Below are positions 1-9,300 of a stretch of DNA of 64,000 nucleotides, in pieces. The translations under genes were made by a program, and so were the position numbers. Each line of letters opens with the position of its first letter. The first letter of the stretch is position 1. The notes below the pieces were generated by a model. It searched no databases. It was not told the DNA's origin and saw nothing but the letters and a program-made list of their open reading frames with translations. Source of the DNA: Chthoniobacterales bacterium (GTDB lineage: Bacteria > Verrucomicrobiota > Verrucomicrobiia > Chthoniobacterales > Chthoniobacteraceae); assembly GCA_038207335.1 (NCBI GenBank), contig JBBQZX010000024.1, positions 27,313-91,312 on the forward strand, read 5' to 3'.

Positions 1-4
1 GGCG

Positions 5-760
5 GTGCAGGCGATCAAGCGTGGAACTGGAAAAGGATTGAAAATCGCAGTGCTCGATTCGGGCATCGAGACGAGCCATCCCGCGCTCAATGGCCTCGTG
101 CTCACGGATGACGTCGCGATCGTCGAAGACGGGCTTCGGCTTAAAACCGTGCCCGGTGAGGGGCGCGATCTTTTCGGCCACGGCACCGCCATCGCGGGCA
201 TCCTGCGGAGCATGGCGCCGGAGGCGGAGATCGGCAGCTTCCGCGTGCTGGGCGAATCGCTCGGATCACGCACCGCCGTCATCTTGGAGGGCGCGATGCT
301 CGCGATCGAGCGCGGATACAACATTCTGAATTGCAGCCTTGGCTGCAGCGTGCAGGAGCACGTCCTGAAATATAAATGCTGGGTCGATGAGGCGTATCTG
401 CGCGGCATCCATGTCGTCGCTGCGTGCAATAATTACGACTTCTCCCGCCCCGAGTGGCCCGGCTTTTTCACCTCGGTCCTCACGGTGAACATGGCGCGCA
501 CGGAGAACGACACAGACATTTTTTACAAACCCGGCAACCTCGTGGAATTCGCCGCGCGCGGGGTGGATGTCGAGGTGCCGTGGCTCGGTGGCGGGACGAA
601 GCGCGTGACCGGCAGCAGCTTCGCGGCGCCTCGTCTCGCGGGAATGCTCGCGTGCCTGCTTTCCGAGGTGCCGAAGATCACGCCCCTCCAGGCGAAGGCG
701 CTTTTCCACCGCTTCGCGCGTCCGTGGAATAGCGACCTCACGGCTCCCGGCCAGCAGTGA
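5..760 (+). CDS. S8 (subtilisin-family) serine peptidase, probably 5'-truncated by the window edge
   Basis: Catalytic triad motifs IAVLDSG (Asp), GHGTAIAG (His), TGSSFAAP (Ser). Confidence 0.9.
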   Translation: MQAIKRGTGKGLKIAVLDSGIETSHPALNGLVLTDDVAIVEDGLRLKTVPGEGRDLFGHGTAIAGILRSMAPEAEIGSFRVLGESLGSRTAVILEGAMLAIERGYNILNCSLGCSVQEHVLKYKCWVDEAYLRGIHVVAACNNYDFSRPEWPGFFTSVLTVNMARTENDTDIFYKPGNLVEFAARGVDVEVPWLGGGTKRVTGSSFAAPRLAGMLACLLSEVPKITPLQAKALFHRFARPWNSDLTAPGQQ

Positions 761-856
761 TTTTCCGCTCGCCGAATGGCGCACGGGAAAAGCATCTTCA
801 CTCTCCCGCGCCCACATCACCGCTGGCCGTGACATTTCCCTAAAATCCAAACAGCC

Positions 857-2173
857 ATGTCCCAACAACACTTCCCCAATGTCAGCGCCGTCAAATTTGA
901 AGGCGCAAAATCGAAGAACCCGTTCTCGTTCAAGCACTATGACGCGAGCGAAGTGGTAGAGGGCAAAGCGATGCGCGATCACCTGCGCTTCTCGGGCGTT
1001 TACTGGCACACGATGTGTGGACAAGGCGGCGATATGTTCGGCGCGGCGACGGCGATCAGGCCGTGGGATACGGGCAAGGCGGGGCTCGATTTGGCAAAGG
1101 CGCGCGTGCCGGTTTTCTTCGAGTTTTTGGAAAAGCTGAGCCTGCCATACTACGCGTTTCACGACCGGGATGTGGCGCCGCACGGGCAGACGTTGCGCGA
1201 ATCGAACGAGTGGCTCGACACGATCGTCGCGCTGCTGAAGGCGCAGCAGGAGCGCACGGGGATCAAGCTGCTGTGGGGCACGGCGCAGCTATTCGTCCAC
1301 CCGCGCTACATGCACGGCGCGGCCACGAGCTGCAATTCGGAGGTGTTCGCATTCGCCGCGGCGCAGGTAAAAAAAGCGCTCGAGGTGACGCATGAACTCG
1401 GCGGCGAGGGCTACACTTTTTGGGGCGGACGCGAGGGCTACTCGACGCTTTGGAATACGGACATGAAGCGCGAACTCGACCATCTCGGGAAGTTCCTTCA
1501 CATGGCCGTCGGTTACGCGAAATCGATCGGATTCAAAGGGCAATTTTACATCGAGCCGAAGCCAAAAGAGCCGACCAAACACCAATACGACAGCGATGCG
1601 GCGGCGTGCCTCAACTTCCTCCGCGAATACGATTTGCTTCCGCACTTCAAACTGAACCTGGAGACGAATCACGCCACGCTCGCGGGCCACTCCATGCAGC
1701 ACGAAATCGAGGTCGCGGGCTCCGCAGGCGCGCTCGGCAGCATCGACGCGAATACCGGCGACCTGCTGCTCGGCTGGGACACGGATCAATTTCCCACGGA
1801 TATTTATCTCACGACGCAGTGCATGCTCGGCATCCTGAAGTTCGGCGGGTTGACGACTGGCGGCGTAAATTTCGACTCGAAAGTGCGGAGAGAGAGCATC
1901 GACCCGGATGATCTGATCCACGCACACATCGGCGGGATGGACACGTTTGCGCGCGGGCTGAAAATCGCGGCTGCGATACGCGCGGATGGGCGCCTGGAGA
2001 AATTTGTGAAAGACCGTTACGCCTCGTGGGACAGCGGCCTCGGCGCGAGCATCGAGAGCGGAAAAGAAAACTTCGCGTCGCTCGAAAAGGCGATGATGGA
2101 GAAAGGCGAAGTCGCCGCGAATGCGAGCGGGCGTCAGGAGTTTCTGGAGAATCTGATCAACGAATTCGTCTAA
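857..2173 (+). CDS. xylA: Xylose isomerase (class II)
   Basis: [38 protein letters not shown] and GWDTDQF motifs; 438 aa. Confidence 0.97.
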   Translation: MSQQHFPNVSAVKFEGAKSKNPFSFKHYDASEVVEGKAMRDHLRFSGVYWHTMCGQGGDMFGAATAIRPWDTGKAGLDLAKARVPVFFEFLEKLSLPYYAFHDRDVAPHGQTLRESNEWLDTIVALLKAQQERTGIKLLWGTAQLFVHPRYMHGAATSCNSEVFAFAAAQVKKALEVTHELGGEGYTFWGGREGYSTLWNTDMKRELDHLGKFLHMAVGYAKSIGFKGQFYIEPKPKEPTKHQYDSDAAACLNFLREYDLLPHFKLNLETNHATLAGHSMQHEIEVAGSAGALGSIDANTGDLLLGWDTDQFPTDIYLTTQCMLGILKFGGLTTGGVNFDSKVRRESIDPDDLIHAHIGGMDTFARGLKIAAAIRADGRLEKFVKDRYASWDSGLGASIESGKENFASLEKAMMEKGEVAANASGRQEFLENLINEFV

Positions 2174-2207
2174 GCGCGCCTCCCACTGTTCCAGGGGAGC
2201 GTTCTCA

Positions 2208-2963
2208 CTAACCAGCCAGCCGCGCGGCGTGCGCGAGCAGGAAAACCGCGTTCATCACGACGAACGCGATGATCGGATTCCATGAGCGGCGTGAGAGTTC
2301 ACCGGCGACGCTTTTCTCACGCATGAACCACGCGAAGACCGCGGATGCGAGGAGCCAGGTGGCGTAGTTTCGCAGCGGCGCGGATGAGAGGGCGTGCGTG
2401 GTCGCAGCGTCCCAAATCCACCACCAGCGCAAATGGCAGGCGGTTGCTTCGAGGTTAAATGCGGTCGCGAGTGAAAGGACGCCGGTGGCGAGCGCGATTT
2501 GGTTGTGGCTCGCGCTGGGGAGCAGGCGCAAGGCGCATTCGCGCGCTCCGAGGATGATTGCGAGCCAGAGCAGCGGGATGCCGAATGGCACGGGGCCGAG
2601 CATCACGCCGAGGTGCTCGGTAAAGTGGATCGTGCCGAGCGGGTATCCCGTCCGCACGCTGGACCAAGTGATCGCAACGACGCCACCGATGACGATGAGC
2701 GACCATCTTCGTACGGTCGCGAGGCCTTCGGCTTCCGCAATCGCGGAGTAGATACTGATGGCCGCGAGGGTGATCCACGCGGGATCGAGGATGTGGAGAA
2801 GCCAAGCGAGCGCTCGGGCAAGATCCGGGTTCGCAGGGAGCGCGCGCGCGTCGAGTCTCATGCACCAGACCATCGCGACGAGCCCGCTCCAAATGAGGAA
2901 GAAAATCCACAAGGTGCCCGCGAGCGGCTCCAGCGCCCGCGCGAGGAAGGAGGAGCGGCGCAT
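2208..2963 (-). CDS. Carotenoid biosynthesis-type membrane protein (CruF/DUF422-like)
   Basis: Multi-TM; TGYPLGTIHF, LGPVPFGIPLLW, WWIW and PLRNYATW motifs resemble the family. Confidence 0.7.
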   Translation of the reverse strand: MRRSSFLARALEPLAGTLWIFFLIWSGLVAMVWCMRLDARALPANPDLARALAWLLHILDPAWITLAAISIYSAIAEAEGLATVRRWSLIVIGGVVAITWSSVRTGYPLGTIHFTEHLGVMLGPVPFGIPLLWLAIILGARECALRLLPSASHNQIALATGVLSLATAFNLEATACHLRWWWIWDAATTHALSSAPLRNYATWLLASAVFAWFMREKSVAGELSRRSWNPIIAFVVMNAVFLLAHAARLAG

Positions 2964-3056
2964 GTCCGTGCGCTAGGTGGAGCACTCAGCCCTACTGCGG
3001 TTCGTGGCCACAGCTGCGGATTTTAAGAGTTCGCAGGCAGCGTAACGCCGACTCCG

Positions 3057-3101
3057 GTAGCAGTCCGACAACGACGCATTCGGAGGATCGCCAAACGCTA
3101 C
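3057..3101. repeat. Degenerate GTAG-type REP-like inverted repeat
   Basis: GTAGC...GCTAC ends with internal TCCGA/TCGGA pairing, intergenic. Confidence 0.4.
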
Positions 3102-3144
3102 ACCCGAGTCGCGTGCTCTGCACTGCCCTGGCCGCACGAGGCTT

Positions 3145-4239
3145 TCAGGCGGGCTCTTGGAATCCGTGCAGCTTAAGGCTGCTGATCGCGGAGCGGAGTT
3201 CTTCGCGGAGTTGCGCGATCATTTCGCGGGTCACTTCGATTTGCTCGGCTTTGTGCTGCGCCCATTCACGGGCGGTCGCCTGCAGGCGCTCGTAGGCGTC
3301 GGTGATGTATGCGCGCGCGGGCTCGGTGAGCTTCGGGCATTCGAGCTTCGACTCGAAGCAACGCTGGGTTTCAGCCAGCTCGGAGAGCAGGATTTTCTCG
3401 GACGGGACGCGGCGCAGCTTCGAGGCGAGGCCGCATTTTGCGAGGGTCCAGATAATCCATTTGGTTGGGTCGAATTGCCACGGCTTCACGCCGTTCCGGT
3501 AGTCGTGCTGAAACTCGTGGTGATAGTTATGATACCCCTCGCCGAACGTGACGACAGCCATCATCCACGAGTCGCGTGCGCTGCATTTCGAGGAATACGG
3601 GCGCTTGCCGATGTAGTGGCAGAGCGAATTGATGCAGAAGGTGCAGTGCTGGAGAAAGACGACGCGCGCCACCCCGGCGATGAGAAATGCGCCGAGCGCC
3701 GACTGCCAGCCGCCCCAGACGTAGCCGACCATCGCGGGCATGATGAAGGCGACGAATGCGCCGATCCATTGCACATGGCGGTGCTGCCACATGACGAGCT
3801 TGTCGCGCTGCAGATCGGCGACGTTGTCGAAAGGTGGCGGCTCGGAAAGTTTGAATAGGAGCCAGCCGATGTGGGCGTGGAAAAGGCCCTTGCTGATGTC
3901 GTACGGGTCTTCGTCGTGATCGACGTGTTTGTGATGCGTGCGGTGCTCGGTACACCAGAGGAGAGCCGAATTTTCAAACGCGGCCGCACCGAAAATCAGA
4001 GTGAAAAGTCGCACGCTCCAGTGTCCCTGAAACGCGAGGTGCGAGAAGAGCCGGTGGTAGCCGAGCGTGATCGAGAAGCCGCACGCGGCGAGCATCACGA
4101 AGAAGAAGACGACTTGGAACCAATCGAGGCCGAAATTCCAGAGGTAGAGAGGCACGGCGGTCAGCGAGAGGACGAGCGTGCCGATGAGGAAGCTGCTGGT
4201 CGTCCAATTGACTTTGTCGAAGGGGATTCGTTTGAACAT
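3145..4239 (-). CDS. Acyl-CoA/lipid delta-9 fatty acid desaturase
   Basis: His boxes GYHRLFSH, HRTHHKH, EGYHNYHH; N-terminal TM helices. Confidence 0.93.
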   Translation of the reverse strand: MFKRIPFDKVNWTTSSFLIGTLVLSLTAVPLYLWNFGLDWFQVVFFFVMLAACGFSITLGYHRLFSHLAFQGHWSVRLFTLIFGAAAFENSALLWCTEHRTHHKHVDHDEDPYDISKGLFHAHIGWLLFKLSEPPPFDNVADLQRDKLVMWQHRHVQWIGAFVAFIMPAMVGYVWGGWQSALGAFLIAGVARVVFLQHCTFCINSLCHYIGKRPYSSKCSARDSWMMAVVTFGEGYHNYHHEFQHDYRNGVKPWQFDPTKWIIWTLAKCGLASKLRRVPSEKILLSELAETQRCFESKLECPKLTEPARAYITDAYERLQATAREWAQHKAEQIEVTREMIAQLREELRSAISSLKLHGFQEPA

Positions 4240-4353
4240 GGTTTTTGAGGTGAAGATACCGGGAGTTTTCGGCGCGGACAGATAGCCCCGAACCGCGGTT
4301 TTAGCAAACCCTATTCCGCGCGTGAACTTTCCGGCTAATGCGACCGTGAAACG

Positions 4354-5715
4354 TCAATTTCCACCGCACTGTGTCCGCCTTGGGCGACGATGTTGCCGCC
4401 ACCTTGAGCCACGATGTTTCCCCCGCCCTGGGCGACGATGGGGGAAGCGACGCAGAGGACGCGGCCTTGCTTGAGGGGCAGGACGCAGACGCCGTTGGTA
4501 AGGACGACGCCGTCGGTGGCGGCGATCATGATGCCGTGGGAGCTGGCGGTAATGCCGTCGGCGGTGTCGGCTAGCTGAGGCTGGTTGGCTTTGGTGAAGG
4601 CGGCACCGATGCCATTGAAGAAGCAGCCTACGCTTTCCCACAGTGAGTGGAAGAAGTCGCCGGAGCGGACGTTGGTGGAGAGGAGGCGCGGAGCAGCAGC
4701 GGCAGTATTGTCGGCGGAGATGTAGGAGGAGTGATCCTCAACGGCGCAGGCGGAGAAGTCGCGATTGACTAGGACGGTGATTTCCACGGCACCCCCGGCG
4801 TGGGCGGGGAGGGTGCCGATGGTCCAAGTGGCAATGTCGTGGCTGGCACCGCCAGTGGATCTGGCCTGCGAGGCGGTACGCTCGGCGTATTTGATGGGGG
4901 TGGAAATGACGGTGGCGATGTCGGTGGCACCGTTGGGGGCGCTGACGTAGCCCTGGGTGGCGCCAACGAATTGGGTGCCGGAGGGGATTTGCATCCCGAC
5001 GTGGACGTTGGTGGCATCGAGGTCGCCGCTATTGGCGAAAAAGATGGTGTAGGTGAGCTGTCCGCCTTTTTTCACAGTCCACGGCGCAGCGTGGCCAATG
5101 ATAAGATGCGGGCTGCTGAGGAGATTGAGGACGATGGGATCGACGGTGGTGCCATTAGCGGATGCGATGGCGTCGGCGACCGAATGGAGCGCGGTGAGCG
5201 TAAAGCTGGCGGGGGTGTAGCGGCCGCTGATTTTGGGGCTGTTCAGGACGATGTATTTGATGATGGCCGGGTTGGCCGTAGGGCTGACTTTGAAGAAGAC
5301 GCGGACGGAGCCGTGGCTGTGGGCCGCGGCGGTGCCGAGATTCAGGGTGAGCTGGGTGCCGGAAGCGGTGAATGCGCCGGCGGCAAAGGCAGTGGTGGAG
5401 CCGTTATCGGCGACGACGCGGGGCGGGGAGGCGGGGTCGAGGGAGGTGCCTTCGGGCGCGGTGACGGTGATCTGGGTATTGCTGGCAGGGACGCCACCAT
5501 TCTGCACCCACGGGGCTGGGCGGAGAATTGGTTGCTGTGCTGTCCCCCTTCCCGCCATCCATCTGCAAAAACGTCTGCTTGCCTTGCCCGATATTGCTCG
5601 CCTCATACACCAGATCGCGGTCGCCATCGCCATCGATGTCGCCGATTGCCATCGCGTGCATGTGAAGGAAAAAAGCGTTCCGATACGGAACGCTCGTCTC
5701 ATCCGCCCGACGCAT
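4354..5715 (-). pseudogene. Fragmented tandem paralog of the adjacent 1.8-kaa surface protein (three joined segments, frameshifted)
   Basis: ~5540-5705 encodes NAFFLHMHAMAIGDIDGDGDRDLVYEASNIG..FLQMDGGKGD (matches ~10275-10440); ~4375-5515 encodes PWVQNGGVPASNT...IVAQGGGN (matches ~6340-7450); an out-of-frame GGN-stop at 4354 matches the intact gene's end. Confidence 0.85.
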
Positions 5716-5842
5716 TCGCGCCTTTGCATTTGCGACACTACGATCCGCAGTGCGTCCCAGAAAATCGGCCGCACTCGGCGTTAATTTTCCTTAGGAGACA
5801 CGTTGCCAACGAAAGTCAGCACGGAGGAGAATGGTCTCGAAA

Positions 5843-6376
5843 TCAATTTCCGGCACCGGCGGCTACGATCTTGCCACCACCCTTCGCGTCGATGTGCCCC
5901 GCGGAGAATCCGATGAAGTTGCCGCCGCTTGCTGAGACGACGCCGGCCCCATCTTGAGAGATCAGCTTCGACTTCAGCGTTAAATTGCCAGCGCCCGCGG
6001 CGACGATATTGCCAGCTCCTGCGGCGACGATATTGCCAGCTCCTGCGGCAACAAGGTTGCCAGCGCCAGCGGCCACAAGATTTGCGTTGTTTGAGGAAAT
6101 CGCACTGGAAGCGCCGCCGGGGTGGTTGCTGAGAAGTCCACCGCCATCCTGGCTGATGAGGTTTCCAGCACCGGCGGCGATGAGATTTCCAGCACCGGCA
6201 GCGATGAGTTGCGCGGCGTTGTCGAGCACGTAGGCGGCGGTTTGCGTACCGAGGCCGGAGATGCCCGTGATCGAAATCGCGTTTCCAGCGCCCGCGGCCA
6301 CGAGATTTCCCGCGCCCGCTGCGATGAGGTTTCCAGCGCCCGCTGCGATGAGATTTCCAGCACCGGCAGCGATGAG
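5843..6376 (-). repeat. Coding 24-bp/8-aa tandem repeats (L/I)(I/V)AAGAGN
   Basis: 11 canonical copies in blocks of 4+2+4+1, plus variants LISQDGGG, LISQDGAG, VVSASGGN. Confidence 0.95.
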
Positions 6377-9300
6377 CGGCGAGGAGACCACGAGGACCTG
6401 ATTCTGTTGGAGCGGGAGGATAACGGCGCCATTTGTGAGTACCACGCCATCGGTCGCGGCGATCATCATGCCGTGGGACTGGGCGCTGAGGCTGTTCGTG
6501 GTGCCGGCGAGGGCGCCTTGTTGATTGTCTTTGAGCCCGCCGCCGAGGCCGGTGATGAAGCAGCCGAGACTTTCCCAAGCGGAGGCGAAGAAATTCCCAG
6601 AACGGACATTGGTCGAGAGCAGGCGTGGCACCGCGGAGGGCGCGTTGTCGGCGGAGATGTAGGAGCTGTGATCCTCGATCGCGCAGGCGGAGAAACCGGC
6701 ATCGACGACGACGGTGAGCTCGACCGCGCCGCCCGAGTGGGCGGGCAGCGTGCCGACATTCCACGTCACGATGTCGTGACTCGCGCCGCCCGTGGACTTG
6801 GCCTGAGCCGCGGTGCGCTCGGTGTAGCTGATCGGATTCGGAATGACGGACGCTTTCGACAAAAGTCCATCCGGCGCGCTGATGACGCCCTGCGTCGGCC
6901 TGACGAAGCGCGTGCCGGAGGGCACCTGCATCCCGATGTGGACATTGTTCGCAGGGAGGTCGCCGCTGTTTCCAAAAAAGATCGTGTAGGTGAATTCCGC
7001 ACCTTTCTTCACGGTCCACGGCGCGCAATGGCCGATGAGCAGTCGCGGCGCGTTCGGGAGTTGCAGCGGGATCGGATCGAGCGTGGTGCCGGTGGTCGAG
7101 GCGATGGCATCGGCGACTGCGAAGCGCGCGGGGTTGCGTCCGGGTGGAACGTAGTTGCCGGTGATTTGCGGGTCTTGGAGCAGGACGAACTTTTGGACGT
7201 TCGGATTTACATTTGCGTTCACTTTGAAAAAGACGCGCACCGCGCCGTGGCTGTGCGCCGCAGTGGTGCCGAGATTCATCGTGAGCTGACCGGAGCCGGA
7301 GGAAAACTGTCCGCTGCCGAATGCGGTCGTCGAGCCGTTGTCATTCACGATGAGCGGCGGAGACGCGGGATCGACCGCGGCGCCCGCGGGGACATTCAGT
7401 GTGATCTTTGTGTTCGTCGCAGGGACATCGCCATTTTGCTTCCACGGCAGGTCGAAGGAAACGGTATCGCCGGGCTTCGCGGCGAAGGAATTGCGATGCT
7501 GGTCGATGGCAAATGAAACGTCGCTGACCATCATCACAAAGAGGTCGTCGGGCGTGCCGGCGGTCACTTTCAAAAGCTCCGCGGAGCGAATGTAGTAGCC
7601 CTGCTCCGGGTCGCTTTGCTTGAGCTTCGCGTCGTAGCCGCCAAAGGAATGGATGAGCGTCGCGGGCTTGTTCACAGGCGCGAGCGCGACGATCGCCTGC
7701 ACCGTGTAGCGGATGAGTCCGCCGGTGTTCGCGGGCAGGGGGCTGAGCTGGCTGATCGTCCCGAGACGGATGTCCATGCTGCGGACGAGGCCGATGTTGG
7801 CATTCGTCACCGGCGAGATCACCGCGCCGTTTTTGTCGAAGAAGGTGAATTGCTCTGCGGTCATCCCGCCGCCGTTTTGCGTGAAGTTCCCGCGCAAAAT
7901 CGCACCCGCCGGGATCACGTCATGGACGACGACGTTGTGCGCGGTGGCGTCGCCGCTGTTCACGTAGAGCAGCTCGTAATCGTAGCCGCGGCCCTGCACC
8001 GCCGTCGTCACGTCACCGAATTCGCCGTTCGTCACCGAGCCGTTTCCGAACGTTCCATCGTTCAACGTCCCTTCGGCGACTGCGGCTTTTCCCAGCCCGA
8101 GCACCGGCGGCGACTGCGGTTCGGCGGCGCTGATATTGGTCCTCACGGGCTTTGCCGCGGCACCGTAGAGCGCGGAGATGCGCAGCGGATTCCCTTTTTT
8201 ATCCACACCGGCGGCGATCGAGAAATCGAACTGGTCGCTCGAGATTTCGTTCGTGTGGAAAGTGTGCGGCCCGTCCTGGATCGTATCCGGGATGTCGTAC
8301 ATCACGCGGACTTTGAATTGCAGCGTGACTCGCGATTGCGCGGCGATGGTGCCGAGATTGAAATGCAACTCCGGCGCGACGAGTCGCGCATCGAGCAGAC
8401 CCTGCGCGGTCCCGGGATCGAGCAACGAAAGATCGACGGCGTCCCCTTTTTTCGCGTGGAGAAATTTCACGTCCTGCTGGAGCGCGAAGACCAGCGCGGG
8501 GCTCGAGTTCGGGCTCGGATTCGGCAGCACGGTGCTTGTGGAGTTCCCATTGGCATCCGGCACATACGCCGTGTCGAGGATCGTCCCCGCGGGAATCACG
8601 TCGCGCACCATCGCGCCGGTCACTGGCGCTCCGGAGGTATTCTTGCAGTCGATCGTATAGGTAATCGTCCCGCCCGCGCCGACGATGCCGGAGTCGCGAT
8701 CGACCGAGATTTCGATCGGCCCGTGGATCGTCGCGACGAGCATGTCCCTGTCGCTAACCTGCCCAGCCGGTTCTTCAGTCGCGACGATGGTGGATTGCGG
8801 CTCGATGATCTGCGTGCCGTATGCCGCGGTCACGTCGCCGGATTTGGAAAACACCGCATCCGAATCCACTCGCACGCGCATCTCGACATAGCCGTTCGTC
8901 GAGCCCGGCGCGATCGCCGTGAAGTGCCACACGACCGGCTTCCCCTTCCCCGCGACCGTGCCGCCGTTCGTCGCGTCGATGAAAGTCGTATGCTTCGGGA
9001 TCGACGCCGTAATCGTGGCGTTGGTCGCCGCGAGGCTGCCGACATTTCCGTAGAGAAAGCGATACGTTAGGATGTCGCTCGTTGTCGTCGGGATTTCGTA
9101 CTGCACGTAATCCGCCCCGAGCGCCGCATCGTGCTGCCGCGGGCGCAGGAACAAATCGGGACCGTCGAGCACTTTAAATGGTGCCGTCGTCTTCCCCTCG
9201 GCCGTAGGGTATCCATCCGCCGACGAGAGCGTGCGGAAGTAAATTTTGCTGCAAACGGGGATCGTCGCGGTGTGCCCGCTCCAGTTTTTCCCGGCCGCAT

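Noticed and set aside
2964..3144. Structured ncRNA (6S/SRP/tRNA-like) between the desaturase and the CruF-like gene
   Set aside because: Only short GAGCAC/GTGCTC and GTAGC/GCTAC pairings; no conserved RNA family motifs; better explained by decayed REP-like elements
4335..5774. The 479-aa ORF as an intact gene
   Set aside because: Its first ~85 codons are an out-of-frame read of the FG-GAP fragment and its last residues are past a frameshift; treated as a pseudogene
4354..7450. Diversity-generating retroelement template/variable repeat pair
   Set aside because: No reverse transcriptase in the window; the duplicated region is over 1 kb and differences are not adenine-specific
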